Shown one piece after another: positions 1 to 9,792 of a DNA stretch of 64,000 bases (within the stretch, counting starts at the first letter, position 1; each line of letters opens with the position of its first letter). The translations under genes were made by a program, and so were the position numbers. Location of the stretch: the NCBI GenBank assembly GCA_963791045.1, contig CAWBQK010000006.1, forward strand, positions 64,001 through 128,000. The letters are read 5' to 3'. Source of the stretch: Candidatus Latescibacterota bacterium (lineage in GTDB: Bacteria; Krumholzibacteriota; Krumholzibacteriia; WVZY01). The notes under the pieces were generated by a model. That model did not search any database. It was not told where the DNA came from and was given only the letters and a program-made list of their open reading frames with translations.

Positions 1-210
1 TTCAAAGGGAAAACCGATCTATTCATCCTGCCTGGGTTTGAGTTCCAGGTTGTTGACAGCATGCTGACTAACTTTCACCTTCCTGAATCGACCTTAGTGA
101 TGATGGTCAGCGCTTTTACCGGCAGGGAAAAGATCCTTGAGATCTACCAACTGGCTATGAAAGAAGGATATCGATTTTACTCATTTGGAGATGCAATGCT
201 GCTGGAGTAA
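1..210 (+). CDS. queA: S-adenosylmethionine:tRNA ribosyltransferase-isomerase, C-terminal part (truncated by window edge)
   Basis: Frame 1 reads ...TDLFILPG...[18 protein letters not shown]...[13 protein letters not shown], the QueA C-terminal signature. Confidence 0.95.
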   Translation, partial: FKGKTDLFILPGFEFQVVDSMLTNFHLPESTLVMMVSAFTGREKILEIYQLAMKEGYRFYSFGDAMLLE

Positions 211-242
211 GAAGACGCGAATTATTTGTTTGGGAGAATGAT

Positions 243-1196
243 GTGGAAGAAACGAAAAAAATCACCCCTGCGGGGTTGATAAACCTGACGATTGTATATT
301 TTGTATGGGGAAGCACCTATTTGGCTATCAGGATTGGTATCCGGAGTGGATCCGGGTTTCAACCCTTCTGGTTTGGTGGACTGCGGGTTCTGGTAGCCGG
401 GGTTATTCTGCTGCTCCTGGGTGTGATGAGAGGTAAGGATATTCGCCCAAATAAAATGGACCTCAGCGTATTGATTGCTTCTGGATTCCTGCTCTGGATT
501 GGAGGAAATGGACTGGTTGTATTGGCTGAGCAGCGGGTCGACTCAGCTATTGCAGCACTGGTTGTTGCCAGCACGCCAATTTGGGTGGCACTATTTGAGT
601 CCATTTTGGATAGAAGGATGCCGTCTTTATTGTTGATCGGCTCACTGATTGTAGGTTTTGGCGGGATTATTGTGCTCAGTTTACCGTTATTAACCTCGGG
701 AGTAAGGGCTGATATCTTATCTATCCTGGCTTTGTTGTTGGCCAGTTTCTGCTGGTCTTCGGGCCTGGTCCTCCAGACCCGAAGACCTGTAAGCTTGAGC
801 AAAGGTATCAGTTCTGCCTATCAACAGTTATTCGGGGGATTGTTTTTTGCTTTGATCGCCCTGATAGTCAGGGAACCATTGCCAACGCCTACAACGGAGG
901 CCTGGTTGGCCTGGGGATATCTGGTGTTGTTTGGATCGATCCTGGCTTTTACGGCTTTTGTGACTGCTCTCCAACAACTGCCTACAAGTTTGGTTACAAC
1001 TTATGCCTATGTCAATCCTGTTATAGCTGTGCTGTTGGGTTGGATGATATTAAGGGAACCGATTACTCCTTGGACTGTTGTTGGCGGCCTATTTGTATTA
1101 GTAGGAGTAACAGGAATTTTTCGAGTAAATAATAACAAAGCGGATGGGAAGAAGCATAGAAAAAAACAAGAAAAACTAGATGAGGGTTATTCTTGA
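243..1196 (+). CDS. EamA/DMT family transporter (YedA-like)
   Basis: VYFVWGSTYLAIR start motif, about 10 TM helices, YAYVNPVIAVLLG motif. Confidence 0.9.
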   Translation: MEETKKITPAGLINLTIVYFVWGSTYLAIRIGIRSGSGFQPFWFGGLRVLVAGVILLLLGVMRGKDIRPNKMDLSVLIASGFLLWIGGNGLVVLAEQRVDSAIAALVVASTPIWVALFESILDRRMPSLLLIGSLIVGFGGIIVLSLPLLTSGVRADILSILALLLASFCWSSGLVLQTRRPVSLSKGISSAYQQLFGGLFFALIALIVREPLPTPTTEAWLAWGYLVLFGSILAFTAFVTALQQLPTSLVTTYAYVNPVIAVLLGWMILREPITPWTVVGGLFVLVGVTGIFRVNNNKADGKKHRKKQEKLDEGYS

Positions 1197-1248
1197 TACG
1201 GTATAATCAAAAATCATCTTATTATGATAGACAAGGTTTGGAGTTCTA

Positions 1249-2553
1249 ATGCGCGCAGTAGATATCATCATCAAGAAACGTGATCGGCAGGAATTAACGA
1301 AAGAGGAGATCGATTTTTTTGTCCAAGGGTTTACGGATGGATCAATTCCTGACTATCAAGCTTCAGCCTGGGCGATGGCTGTCTTACTAAATGGTATGAC
1401 TCCCCAGGAAACAACAGATCTTACTTTGGCCATGGTGAATTCAGGAGATATCCTTGATTTATCTTCTGCTGTTCCTCTGGCGGTGGATAAACATTCCAGT
1501 GGTGGAGTGGGTGATAAGACAACTTTGGTTGTTGAGCCCTTGGTTGCTGCTTGTGGATTGCCAGTAGGGAAGATGTCGGGCAGGGGGTTGGGTTTTACTG
1601 GCGGCACATTGGATAAAATGGAATCAATACCTGGGTTCAGAGTCAATCTGACCGAGGTTGAATTCTTATCCCAATTGAACGAGATTGGATTGGTCTTGGC
1701 TGGCCAAACAGCGGATTTGGCACCCGCAGATGGTAAATTCTACGCCCTTCGCGATGTCTCCGGCACTGTGGATTCCATCCCTTTGATAGCGTCCTCGATC
1801 ATGAGCAAAAAGATCGCAGCCGGTGCGCAGGCTATTGTTCTGGATGTCAAGATCGGTTTAGGTGCGTTTATGGATACTCAGGAAGAAGCTAAACATCTGG
1901 CTAAATTTATGGTGGATATAGCTCACCTGGCCGATAGGGAAGCTGTCGCCCTGATCTCGGATATGAACCAGCCCTTGGGAGTTGCCGTAGGTAATATTTT
2001 GGAAGTAAAGGAAGCGATCGATACATTGCAGGGAAGGGGTCCCGCAAGTTTTGTAGAACACTGCCTGGATGTTGCAGAACAGATGTTAATCCTTGGAAAA
2101 GCAGCTGCAGCTAATGGAGAAGGTCGCGAAAAAGCAGAACAGGCCCTCAAAGATGGTTCAGCCTGGCAGAAATTTCTCAAGCTTGTTACGGCTCAAGGTG
2201 GTGATGTCTCCTTTGTTGAAAATCCTGATAAATTTCCGAAAGCAGCGATCATTGATATAGTACCATCTCCAAAGACCGGTTATTTGAGCCAGATCCATGC
2301 TCGTATTGTTGGAGAAACATCAGTCGATCTTGGTGCTGGCAGGGCAAAAAAGTCTGATGAGATAAATCATTCAGTGGGTGTTGAGATCCTGAGGGAAGTC
2401 GGAGATCATATAACGAAGGGTGATGATCTTTTTATCCTCCATGCGGCAAATCAGGCTGATTTTGATTTGGCAAAAGAACGCTTATTAGGCGCTCATAAGT
2501 GGAGTGATACTCCTGTAGAAAGGCTGCCATTGGTTTATGAGATAATCAGCTGA
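1249..2553 (+). CDS. pdp: Pyrimidine-nucleoside/thymidine phosphorylase
   Basis: DKHSSGGVGDK, KMSGRGLG.TGGTLDKMESIPG, ASSIMSKKIA motifs. Confidence 0.95.
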   Translation: MRAVDIIIKKRDRQELTKEEIDFFVQGFTDGSIPDYQASAWAMAVLLNGMTPQETTDLTLAMVNSGDILDLSSAVPLAVDKHSSGGVGDKTTLVVEPLVAACGLPVGKMSGRGLGFTGGTLDKMESIPGFRVNLTEVEFLSQLNEIGLVLAGQTADLAPADGKFYALRDVSGTVDSIPLIASSIMSKKIAAGAQAIVLDVKIGLGAFMDTQEEAKHLAKFMVDIAHLADREAVALISDMNQPLGVAVGNILEVKEAIDTLQGRGPASFVEHCLDVAEQMLILGKAAAANGEGREKAEQALKDGSAWQKFLKLVTAQGGDVSFVENPDKFPKAAIIDIVPSPKTGYLSQIHARIVGETSVDLGAGRAKKSDEINHSVGVEILREVGDHITKGDDLFILHAANQADFDLAKERLLGAHKWSDTPVERLPLVYEIIS

Positions 2554-3613
2554 TGTTTTTGGTTGAATTAATTCCCTTTTTGCTAGCAGCTATTTGAGAT
2601 ATGTACTTTTCTTGCCCAAGGTTATAAGTTTCCAGGGGTAATTCTTTATTAATTAATGAAATTAGGGTGTTCGTTAAGAAAGTATTCACAGGAGTAGAAA
2701 TAAGATATTCAATCCCGGCCCTGACAACCGCACCGTTGAGCTGATCGACCTCACTCTGGTCCCTGCCGCTGTATAAATCGTTGTGAAATGAGGGCATTTT
2801 CTTCCCCCTTCCACTTCCTATCATGCTCGATAAAAAGGGTTGGGAAAGTCTGTCCGGCACATATTTTATTATTGCTGCAAGAATTTTTACTGGAACGCCT
2901 GGCAAATTGACGACTTTAATTCCCTGAATATCCATCACTTCCAGTGCTTCGCGAACCTGATCCAATTCTATTCTATAAAGATCTGGATCTGAATAGATTT
3001 GGGTCGGAGTCATATCAAGGATGGCAGAACTGGCATTCCCAAGCAGATTGGTTATAAGCTTGGACCATTTCATGCTCTCGGCGCTAGGATACAATTTGCA
3101 AGATATGCCTGCTTCCATGAATATTTCTACTAGATCTCTGGAAATCGGATGGTTGTCGGCAATACCCATCCCCCGTTTTTTTTGAAGAATAACTTTACCC
3201 TTGCCTGGACAATCGACAGCTGATGTGACTGTGCCGGGAATAATCAGATCAGATCCAAGAGCTTTGGCTAATCTTTTTTCACTTTCAACGCCATTTTGCA
3301 GACAGAGCAATGGAGGGAGTTTTTCATGGAGGCGGAGAAGGTCCGGCAGGATGGTTCCAAGGTGATAAGTTTTGACAGCCAGGATAATCAGATCCAATTC
3401 TTTGTTGAGGGCCAGGTCCAGCGAACTGGTGAATTCAGGAGAGGATAGGGTAGATATTTTTCCTTTTATCTCCATTACTATTCCCTGATTTTGAAGCGCG
3501 GTGATGGAATCTTCCTTTTCCAGGAACAACACATCGTGTCCATTAAGAGCCAGAAAACCGCCCAGGTATGAACCGATTGCCCCAGCACCCAGGACGAGAA
3601 ATCGTTTAATCAT
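2546..3613 (-). CDS. Ketopantoate reductase family (PanE/ApbA)
   Basis: GAGAIG Rossmann motif, LAVKTY, LQNG, KWSKLITN, SEVDQLNG. Confidence 0.88.
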   Translation of the reverse strand: MIKRFLVLGAGAIGSYLGGFLALNGHDVLFLEKEDSITALQNQGIVMEIKGKISTLSSPEFTSSLDLALNKELDLIILAVKTYHLGTILPDLLRLHEKLPPLLCLQNGVESEKRLAKALGSDLIIPGTVTSAVDCPGKGKVILQKKRGMGIADNHPISRDLVEIFMEAGISCKLYPSAESMKWSKLITNLLGNASSAILDMTPTQIYSDPDLYRIELDQVREALEVMDIQGIKVVNLPGVPVKILAAIIKYVPDRLSQPFLSSMIGSGRGKKMPSFHNDLYSGRDQSEVDQLNGAVVRAGIEYLISTPVNTFLTNTLISLINKELPLETYNLGQEKYISQIAASKKGINSTKNIS

Positions 3614-3628
3614 AAGTACAAGAGTGTT

Positions 3629-4276
3629 TCATGCGTTCGTAAGGTGACTGGTGTTATTGTGTTCAAGAAAGATCCAGTTATCATTGCTTGGTTTGTATTG
3701 AATCGTAGTATATCCAGTATTGGAAAAGTTGAAATTTGGCCCCTGAAAATTAGAGCGTGGTGCCTGCCCTAGAATTGCATGAATAACCATATTCAAAAAC
3801 CCACCGTGAGAGACAATCAAATAGCGTCCCGATGGATATTTGACCAGCTTATTAACTGCTGTGGCAGCTCTTAAGAACAGGTCCCATTGGCTTTCACCAG
3901 TATTGGCAATAGGTTGATGGATGGGGATGAATTCAGGAGGGGGAAGGGACTGGATGGCTTCTTTATGGAGCAAACCAGCCAGTTCACCATTATCTCGTTC
4001 CATCCAGATCGGATCAAACTCAAGGTTTGTTTTAGTAGCACCGGTAATTATTTTTGCGGTCTGTTTAGCCCTGGTTTGGGGGCTGGATATCGCCAGGTCA
4101 AATTGGACTCCCGCTCTGGACCAGGTGGATGCCAGCTGCTCCGCCTGGAACACCCCGACATCGGTCAGTGGAAACTCAGCTTGTCCTTGATGCCGGTTTT
4201 CTGCATTTCCGATGGATTGCCCATGCCGTAACAGCACAATAAGTTTATCGGGATCTTTGTTTTCAACTTCCTTCAT
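3629..4276 (-). CDS. Histidine phosphatase (phosphoglycerate mutase-like) family
   Basis: LRHGQS and VSHGG motifs. Confidence 0.9.
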   Translation of the reverse strand: MKEVENKDPDKLIVLLRHGQSIGNAENRHQGQAEFPLTDVGVFQAEQLASTWSRAGVQFDLAISSPQTRAKQTAKIITGATKTNLEFDPIWMERDNGELAGLLHKEAIQSLPPPEFIPIHQPIANTGESQWDLFLRAATAVNKLVKYPSGRYLIVSHGGFLNMVIHAILGQAPRSNFQGPNFNFSNTGYTTIQYKPSNDNWIFLEHNNTSHLTNA

Positions 4277-4317
4277 ATGTTGTTTGCTTCCCTGAGTTAG
4301 GTACCTATTGGTTCAAA

Positions 4318-5232
4318 TTAAGAACTCCACTTAGGATTTCCGTTTAAAAAGACAGGACCTGTTACTTTTTTCTTCCCTGCTTTTTGGAGCTGATCCAAAA
4401 GGAGGATCCCTGCGCCCGTTCCAATTGCAGGGTATCCATCATATGTACATAACACTCCAACCCCGGGAGAGGTTACGGAAACCGCCCTAGCTTGGTGTAT
4501 GATCAACCGTTCATCATTCCAAAGAGTAAATGTACCAGGCCAGGGAGAATATGCCCGGACTGTTCGAGCAAGTAATTCTGCGCTAAGTTCGAAATTCAAT
4601 TCCCCTGCACTCTTTTTTAATTGGGATGCGTAGGTAGTTTGAGAAGGATCTTGTACTACCGGTGTGATCTCACCTTCAAGATAAGATGGTATTGTGTCAA
4701 TCAATAGACATCCACCCAATTGGGCCAATCGATCGGATAATCTTCCAGCGGTTTCATCTGGCAGGATTTCAATAGACTGCTGAGCCAGGATTGGACCATC
4801 GTCTAATCCTGGACCCATTTTCATGATCGTTACACCAGAATGGGAATCTCCGTGGAGTATTGCTGCATTGATCGGTGAAGCTCCACGCCAGCGGGGAAGC
4901 AAAGAGGCATGTACATTAATACAGCCGAACTGAGGCAGGTCTAGCAATGCGGGTTTCAAGATTTGGCCATACGCTGCTACGCAGATCAAATCCGGACTCC
5001 ACTCATGAATTTTCAGGAGAGCGTCCTTTTCGTTCGCATTTTCTGGTTGGAAAACATCAAGTCCACACTGTACAGCTGCATCCTTGACCTGTGGTGCGAC
5101 CAGCTCCCTGCCCCTTCCGGAAGGTCGATCAGGTTGTGTGATCACGCCAACGAGCTGAAATTTCTCAGCTAACATGGTAAGTGATGGCACAGCAAAATCT
5201 GGTGAACCCATAAACACGATCCGACTATCCAT
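4318..5232 (-). CDS. fmt: Methionyl-tRNA formyltransferase
   Basis: IVFMGSPDFA, TQPDRPSGRG, INVHASLLPRWRGASPI. Confidence 0.96.
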   Translation of the reverse strand: MDSRIVFMGSPDFAVPSLTMLAEKFQLVGVITQPDRPSGRGRELVAPQVKDAAVQCGLDVFQPENANEKDALLKIHEWSPDLICVAAYGQILKPALLDLPQFGCINVHASLLPRWRGASPINAAILHGDSHSGVTIMKMGPGLDDGPILAQQSIEILPDETAGRLSDRLAQLGGCLLIDTIPSYLEGEITPVVQDPSQTTYASQLKKSAGELNFELSAELLARTVRAYSPWPGTFTLWNDERLIIHQARAVSVTSPGVGVLCTYDGYPAIGTGAGILLLDQLQKAGKKKVTGPVFLNGNPKWSS

Positions 5233-5302
5233 GCTCCGATTTTAACATAGGAGCTGAACAGGAGGTAGGAGTGGATTCAAAATTCAAGAGCTGGGAGAGC
5301 TG

Positions 5303-7401
5303 TCAGTCAGAATCTGTTGCCTGCTGTTCTTTGGGTTTAGAAGGGATCCCCACCGCAACCTGGTCTCGACCTCTTGCTTTTGAACGATATAAGGCTCGAT
5401 CAGCAATTACGACGAGATCATCAATGTCAATGGTGTGATCTGGTAGTGTTGCGATTCCCTGGCTGATGGTCGGTTTTGGAATGGTATTGCCTTCCACGTT
5501 GAATAAGGGAAGTTCGGAGAGGGTTCTTCTGATCCGGTTGGCAACCATATTGGCCTGTGTTGTGGTGGCATTTGGCAGGACAATACCGAATTCCTCTCCA
5601 CCCCAACGCCCAACAGTATCCGTTTTCTTAATATGAGATTCTATGGCCTGTACTGTCAACCGCAGTACCTGGTCGCCGATAGTGTGTCCATACGTGTCAT
5701 TATATAGTTTGAAGTGATCGATATCGAGCATGATCAATGAGAGAGGTGATTGGGCGGCGAGGGAGATCTCTGCTTCCTGATAAAGGATCTCAATGAAGTG
5801 ATTGTGGTTGCTAACGCCTGTTAAAGAATCCAATTTCGCTTGGCGTGTGATTTCTTCATAGTGATGGGCATTTTGAATGCTCAGGACAGCTTGCTGGCTA
5901 ATTTGCTCCATGAGTAACTTGTCGGTATTATCGAACATATAGGGTTTGTAACTGGCGACTGCAAGCAAGCCTATCAGTTTATCCTCGGTCAGTAAAGGCA
6001 CACCTAACCAAGATCTGGAAAGCTTTTTTTCGCCGACCAGAATTGGCCTCATAGAAATGGAATCAATTTCCTGTCTGAGATCTTGGATCAGGAGGGGTTG
6101 TTTGTTTTCAACGATCCAGCTAGAAAGGCCTTCGTTGGCATCAACGATAGATGATGGAAAACGCTTTCCATCATCATACAGGATGCGTATATCCATCTGA
6201 TGGGTTTCTGGCAGATAGAGAGCCACAAAATAGGCTTCACAACGGATGACTTTCGATAATTGGGTGTAGATGAGCTCCAAGAGGGTATCAATATTCAGCG
6301 TGCTTGTGATGGCTTTTCCGATTTCGTAGAGAACAGCTAACCTATCAGCCTGGTCTTTCAAGCTCTTATGTAGAAGTTGAGTCTCAGTATTATCGTGGAA
6401 AATAATCGTATAGCCGACCAATGATTCCTGAGCATCTGAAAGGGGGAGCAGGTTGAGGACAAAGTATTTTCTATCACGTCCCTCACCTTTGGTAATAACT
6501 TTTACTGGTGTCCGATCTTCTTTGGAAAAGGATATCCAATCCGCCAGATCTGTGAGCACTTCCGAGGTGGGCTTTCCAACTATCTCGGAAAATTTTAGAT
6601 TGATTATCCCTTCAGCCGCGGGATTGATATCAACAACACGGTCGTTCAGATCTACGACAATAATGCCATCCCGCATATTTTCAATTGTAGTATCTCGGGC
6701 AATTGGAATGATATCCAGAAATTTTTGAGCGAAAAGTATGTAGACTAGTATTATGCCGGTTAACAAGAAACTCAGCGAGTTCAGATCAAGATAAGGGTAA
6801 GGATTAAGGTCCAAAAGGAATAATAGGGTTGCGATAGCGGGAAGTAATCCTGCTAAAAGGATAAGGCGTACTTGATTTCGAAGTAATTTTGGGTCTTAAG
6901 GTAGTGCTGTAAAAGTAAAAATAGTCCACCTAAGTACAGCAAGTAGGAGTATGAAATAAGTATCCAGAACCATAGTCCATAAACATTTTCAAAAACGATC
7001 ATACCAAAAGCAGTCGTCAGATTATGTTCAGACCAAAATAAATTATGGTATTCATTTGTAAAGGCAAGAATGATCGAAATCATTGGAAACCAGGAAAACC
7101 ATGAGAAGAATTGTCTTCCTGTTAGAGCAAACCTACTTGTATAGCGGATGCAGAACAATATCCAGAACGTAGTTATCCAGCAAACACCGATAAACTCCAG
7201 TTTTAACCAGATTGTTTTTCCAGGGAATCCGGGAACCATTTGCTCAAGAGCATATCCGAACGACCAAACTGAAAGTGAGAAAAACAATAGTATCAGGGCT
7301 TGGGCTGTTTGCTTTTTCCGGTGTGCCCAGAGCAGATAACCAATATATATACTTAAAAATCCTGCAAGTATAGATGGGATAACTATTATTGAAAATTGCA
7401 T
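5303..7401 (-). CDS. Membrane (HisKA_7TM-like) PAS-GAF-GGDEF diguanylate cyclase; one frameshift near 6888 joins ORFs 6853-7401 and 5303-6814
   Basis: N-terminal 7TM sensor (WSFGYALE, LAFTNEYHNLFW); DIIPIAR..IENMRDGIIVVD PAS; DIDHFK..ND.YGH..GD and RWGGEEF. The intervening sequence reads LLRNQVRLILLAGLLP in the downstream frame. Confidence 0.9.
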
Positions 7402-7473
7402 CGTATTAATAACACTCTATGGATCCTGATGGGTAATTGCTAGCTAAAAACCAATTTCATTATATTCTTCTTG

Positions 7474-9792
7474 TTATGAAGGAGTTCGTTCAAGATCAAA
7501 ATAGAAAGTTGCCCCTTTCTTTTCGATAGCTTCAACCCAGATATCTCCGCCATGGCGTTTGATGATCTTCTTTGTCAGAGCCAATCCTATTCCTGTACCA
7601 TGGAACTGATCCTGACTGTGAAGTCGTTGAAAAGTTTCAAAGATTTTCTCCTTATCCTCCATGTCAAAACCTATACCATTATCCTGAACATAATAAATAA
7701 TGCGTTTACTTGATTGGTGGGGCTGGTAGCCAATGGTGATTGTTGGATCCTTTTGTTTTTCTGTGAACTTAATTGCATTACTAATCAGGTTGTGTAGTGC
7801 CATTTTCATTAGTTTTTCATCTGCAAGGCATTTTGGAAGGTCTTTGATATTGATCCTGATCTTGCGCTTTTTGATTTGATCAGAAAAATTGTTGAGAATT
7901 TCTTCAACCATGAGCAAAGGGTCGATTTGGATCGGATCGATAGTTTGTCTGCCCAACAGGGATAACTTAGTCAGGTCATCGATCAGGTTGTCCATTAAGA
8001 GGGCATGATTCGTTAAGCTTTCAATATGGTCCAGAGCTTTTTTATCTATATTTTCGGGATATTTTTGGAGCAAAGTTTGGGATGTTTCTTTTACCCGTTT
8101 TAATGGAATCCTGAGATCATTTGATACAGAATATGTAAAGGCCTCTAACTCTTGATATGTGTCTGTCAGGTTGGCACTCACAGACGAAAGTTTTTCATTT
8201 GCGGTTTGATAATCGTCCAATATATTTGTCAGAGCCGCATTAAGTCTTTCAACTTCTGAAATGCGCTCATTCAGCCGTTGGGTTCGATCCTCAACGATCT
8301 CTTCCAGTTGCTTCTGGTAATGACTTAATTCATCCTCAACAGATTTCTGGGCACTTATATCGGTATGGGTGCCCACGAAACGTAGGGGATTACCATACTC
8401 ATCCTGTTCTGTTATCTTTCCTCTACCCAGAACCCAGAGCCAGGAACCGTCTTTCCTTTGAAACCTGAACTCGACGATAAACTTCTCAAGAGAACCAGAT
8501 AAATATTCCTCGGCGTGCCTGAAGACTTTTTCAACATCATCGGGATGAACCCTTTTTCTGAATTCTTCCAGATGGTGGGGATACTCATCAACTTCATACC
8601 CTGCCATGGTGTAATATAAAGGATCGAAATGTACAGTGTCTTTTTGAAGATCCCAATCCCAAATACCGTCATTCGTAAGCAAACTGAATTTGGATAGGTT
8701 TTCCTCACTTTCCCGCAGGGCTGATTCCACATCTATCAGATTGGTCATATCTGAGGCGATAGTGAGAATTAGATTTCTGCCATCAAGGAGCTGAGGTAGC
8801 TGAGTCCAGCGCAGTACCCAGCTAAGAATACTTCCATCTTCACTATAGAGCTTGTATATACCTTCCCGTTGTTTTTGACTGGATTGGATGAGCCGGCCGA
8901 TCTCTTCTGTCACCTGAACTGCATTTTCACGGAAACAGTATTTCAGCCACTCTTCGGCAGTTCGCAATTGTCTGGGAGAATAGCCACTTTTTTCGATCCA
9001 GGCTGTGTTCACGATGATGATCTCGCCATCATCCGCATGGAGCATAGTGGGGAAGGGTGAATTCATCAAAGCGGATTGAAGTTGATCATCACTTTTCTTT
9101 TTTAAGATTTCGGCAGCATCCCTGGCTTCCATTTCCAGGCTCAGTTTCAGGTTTGCCTGTGATAAGGATACCTCCTTTTCGTTTAGTTCATTGAAATTCT
9201 CTTCATATCTTGTGATCACCATGATAAGAGTTATTGCTGCCAGTAGGATCGCCACGAACAATAGGATAATAATAGCAAGAGGTGTGAAGATAATGACCGG
9301 ATCTGGCATATAGCCCAGTGTGTTCAGTAAAAATAAGAGCAACAACGAAAGGGTACTGATGCCAGCAAAATGATAAGCGGCCATGCCACCTAGTATCAAC
9401 CCCCCCATAACTGTGATCGTAATGTACTCGGAAAGAAATGGGCTGTATAAACCATTACTCAGCACAATGATAACTGTAACCAGGATCCAGATACCATAGC
9501 CGAAAATATGTGCCGCAAGATTTACCTTCCCCCTCCGATTCAGGAATTGGACCAGGAGTATAAATGTCAGGACCGATCCTGTGGTTGCGATCCCAATAAC
9601 TGTATTGGAAAAAATAAAAGGAGTAACGCCGAGAGCTACAATACCGGTAAGCAGGATGATAGTAGAAAGCGTGTGAAGAGTTTCGGCGACTCGATAATCT
9701 TTAGAGTCTGGCAGCCGAGGGAACTTGAGATATTTTTCTAAGATTCTGGCGGTGAATTCTGAGAATCTTGAGGGTTTTTTATCAGTATTCAT
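7474..9792 (-). CDS. Membrane-bound PAS sensor histidine kinase-like protein (H-box His replaced by Asn)
   Basis: TM region, two PAS domains, SVSNDLRIPL H-box, NLISNAIKF, DNGIGF, GTGIGLAL. Confidence 0.9.
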   Translation of the reverse strand: MNTDKKPSRFSEFTARILEKYLKFPRLPDSKDYRVAETLHTLSTIILLTGIVALGVTPFIFSNTVIGIATTGSVLTFILLVQFLNRRGKVNLAAHIFGYGIWILVTVIIVLSNGLYSPFLSEYITITVMGGLILGGMAAYHFAGISTLSLLLLFLLNTLGYMPDPVIIFTPLAIIILLFVAILLAAITLIMVITRYEENFNELNEKEVSLSQANLKLSLEMEARDAAEILKKKSDDQLQSALMNSPFPTMLHADDGEIIIVNTAWIEKSGYSPRQLRTAEEWLKYCFRENAVQVTEEIGRLIQSSQKQREGIYKLYSEDGSILSWVLRWTQLPQLLDGRNLILTIASDMTNLIDVESALRESEENLSKFSLLTNDGIWDWDLQKDTVHFDPLYYTMAGYEVDEYPHHLEEFRKRVHPDDVEKVFRHAEEYLSGSLEKFIVEFRFQRKDGSWLWVLGRGKITEQDEYGNPLRFVGTHTDISAQKSVEDELSHYQKQLEEIVEDRTQRLNERISEVERLNAALTNILDDYQTANEKLSSVSANLTDTYQELEAFTYSVSNDLRIPLKRVKETSQTLLQKYPENIDKKALDHIESLTNHALLMDNLIDDLTKLSLLGRQTIDPIQIDPLLMVEEILNNFSDQIKKRKIRINIKDLPKCLADEKLMKMALHNLISNAIKFTEKQKDPTITIGYQPHQSSKRIIYYVQDNGIGFDMEDKEKIFETFQRLHSQDQFHGTGIGLALTKKIIKRHGGDIWVEAIEKKGATFYFDLERTPS

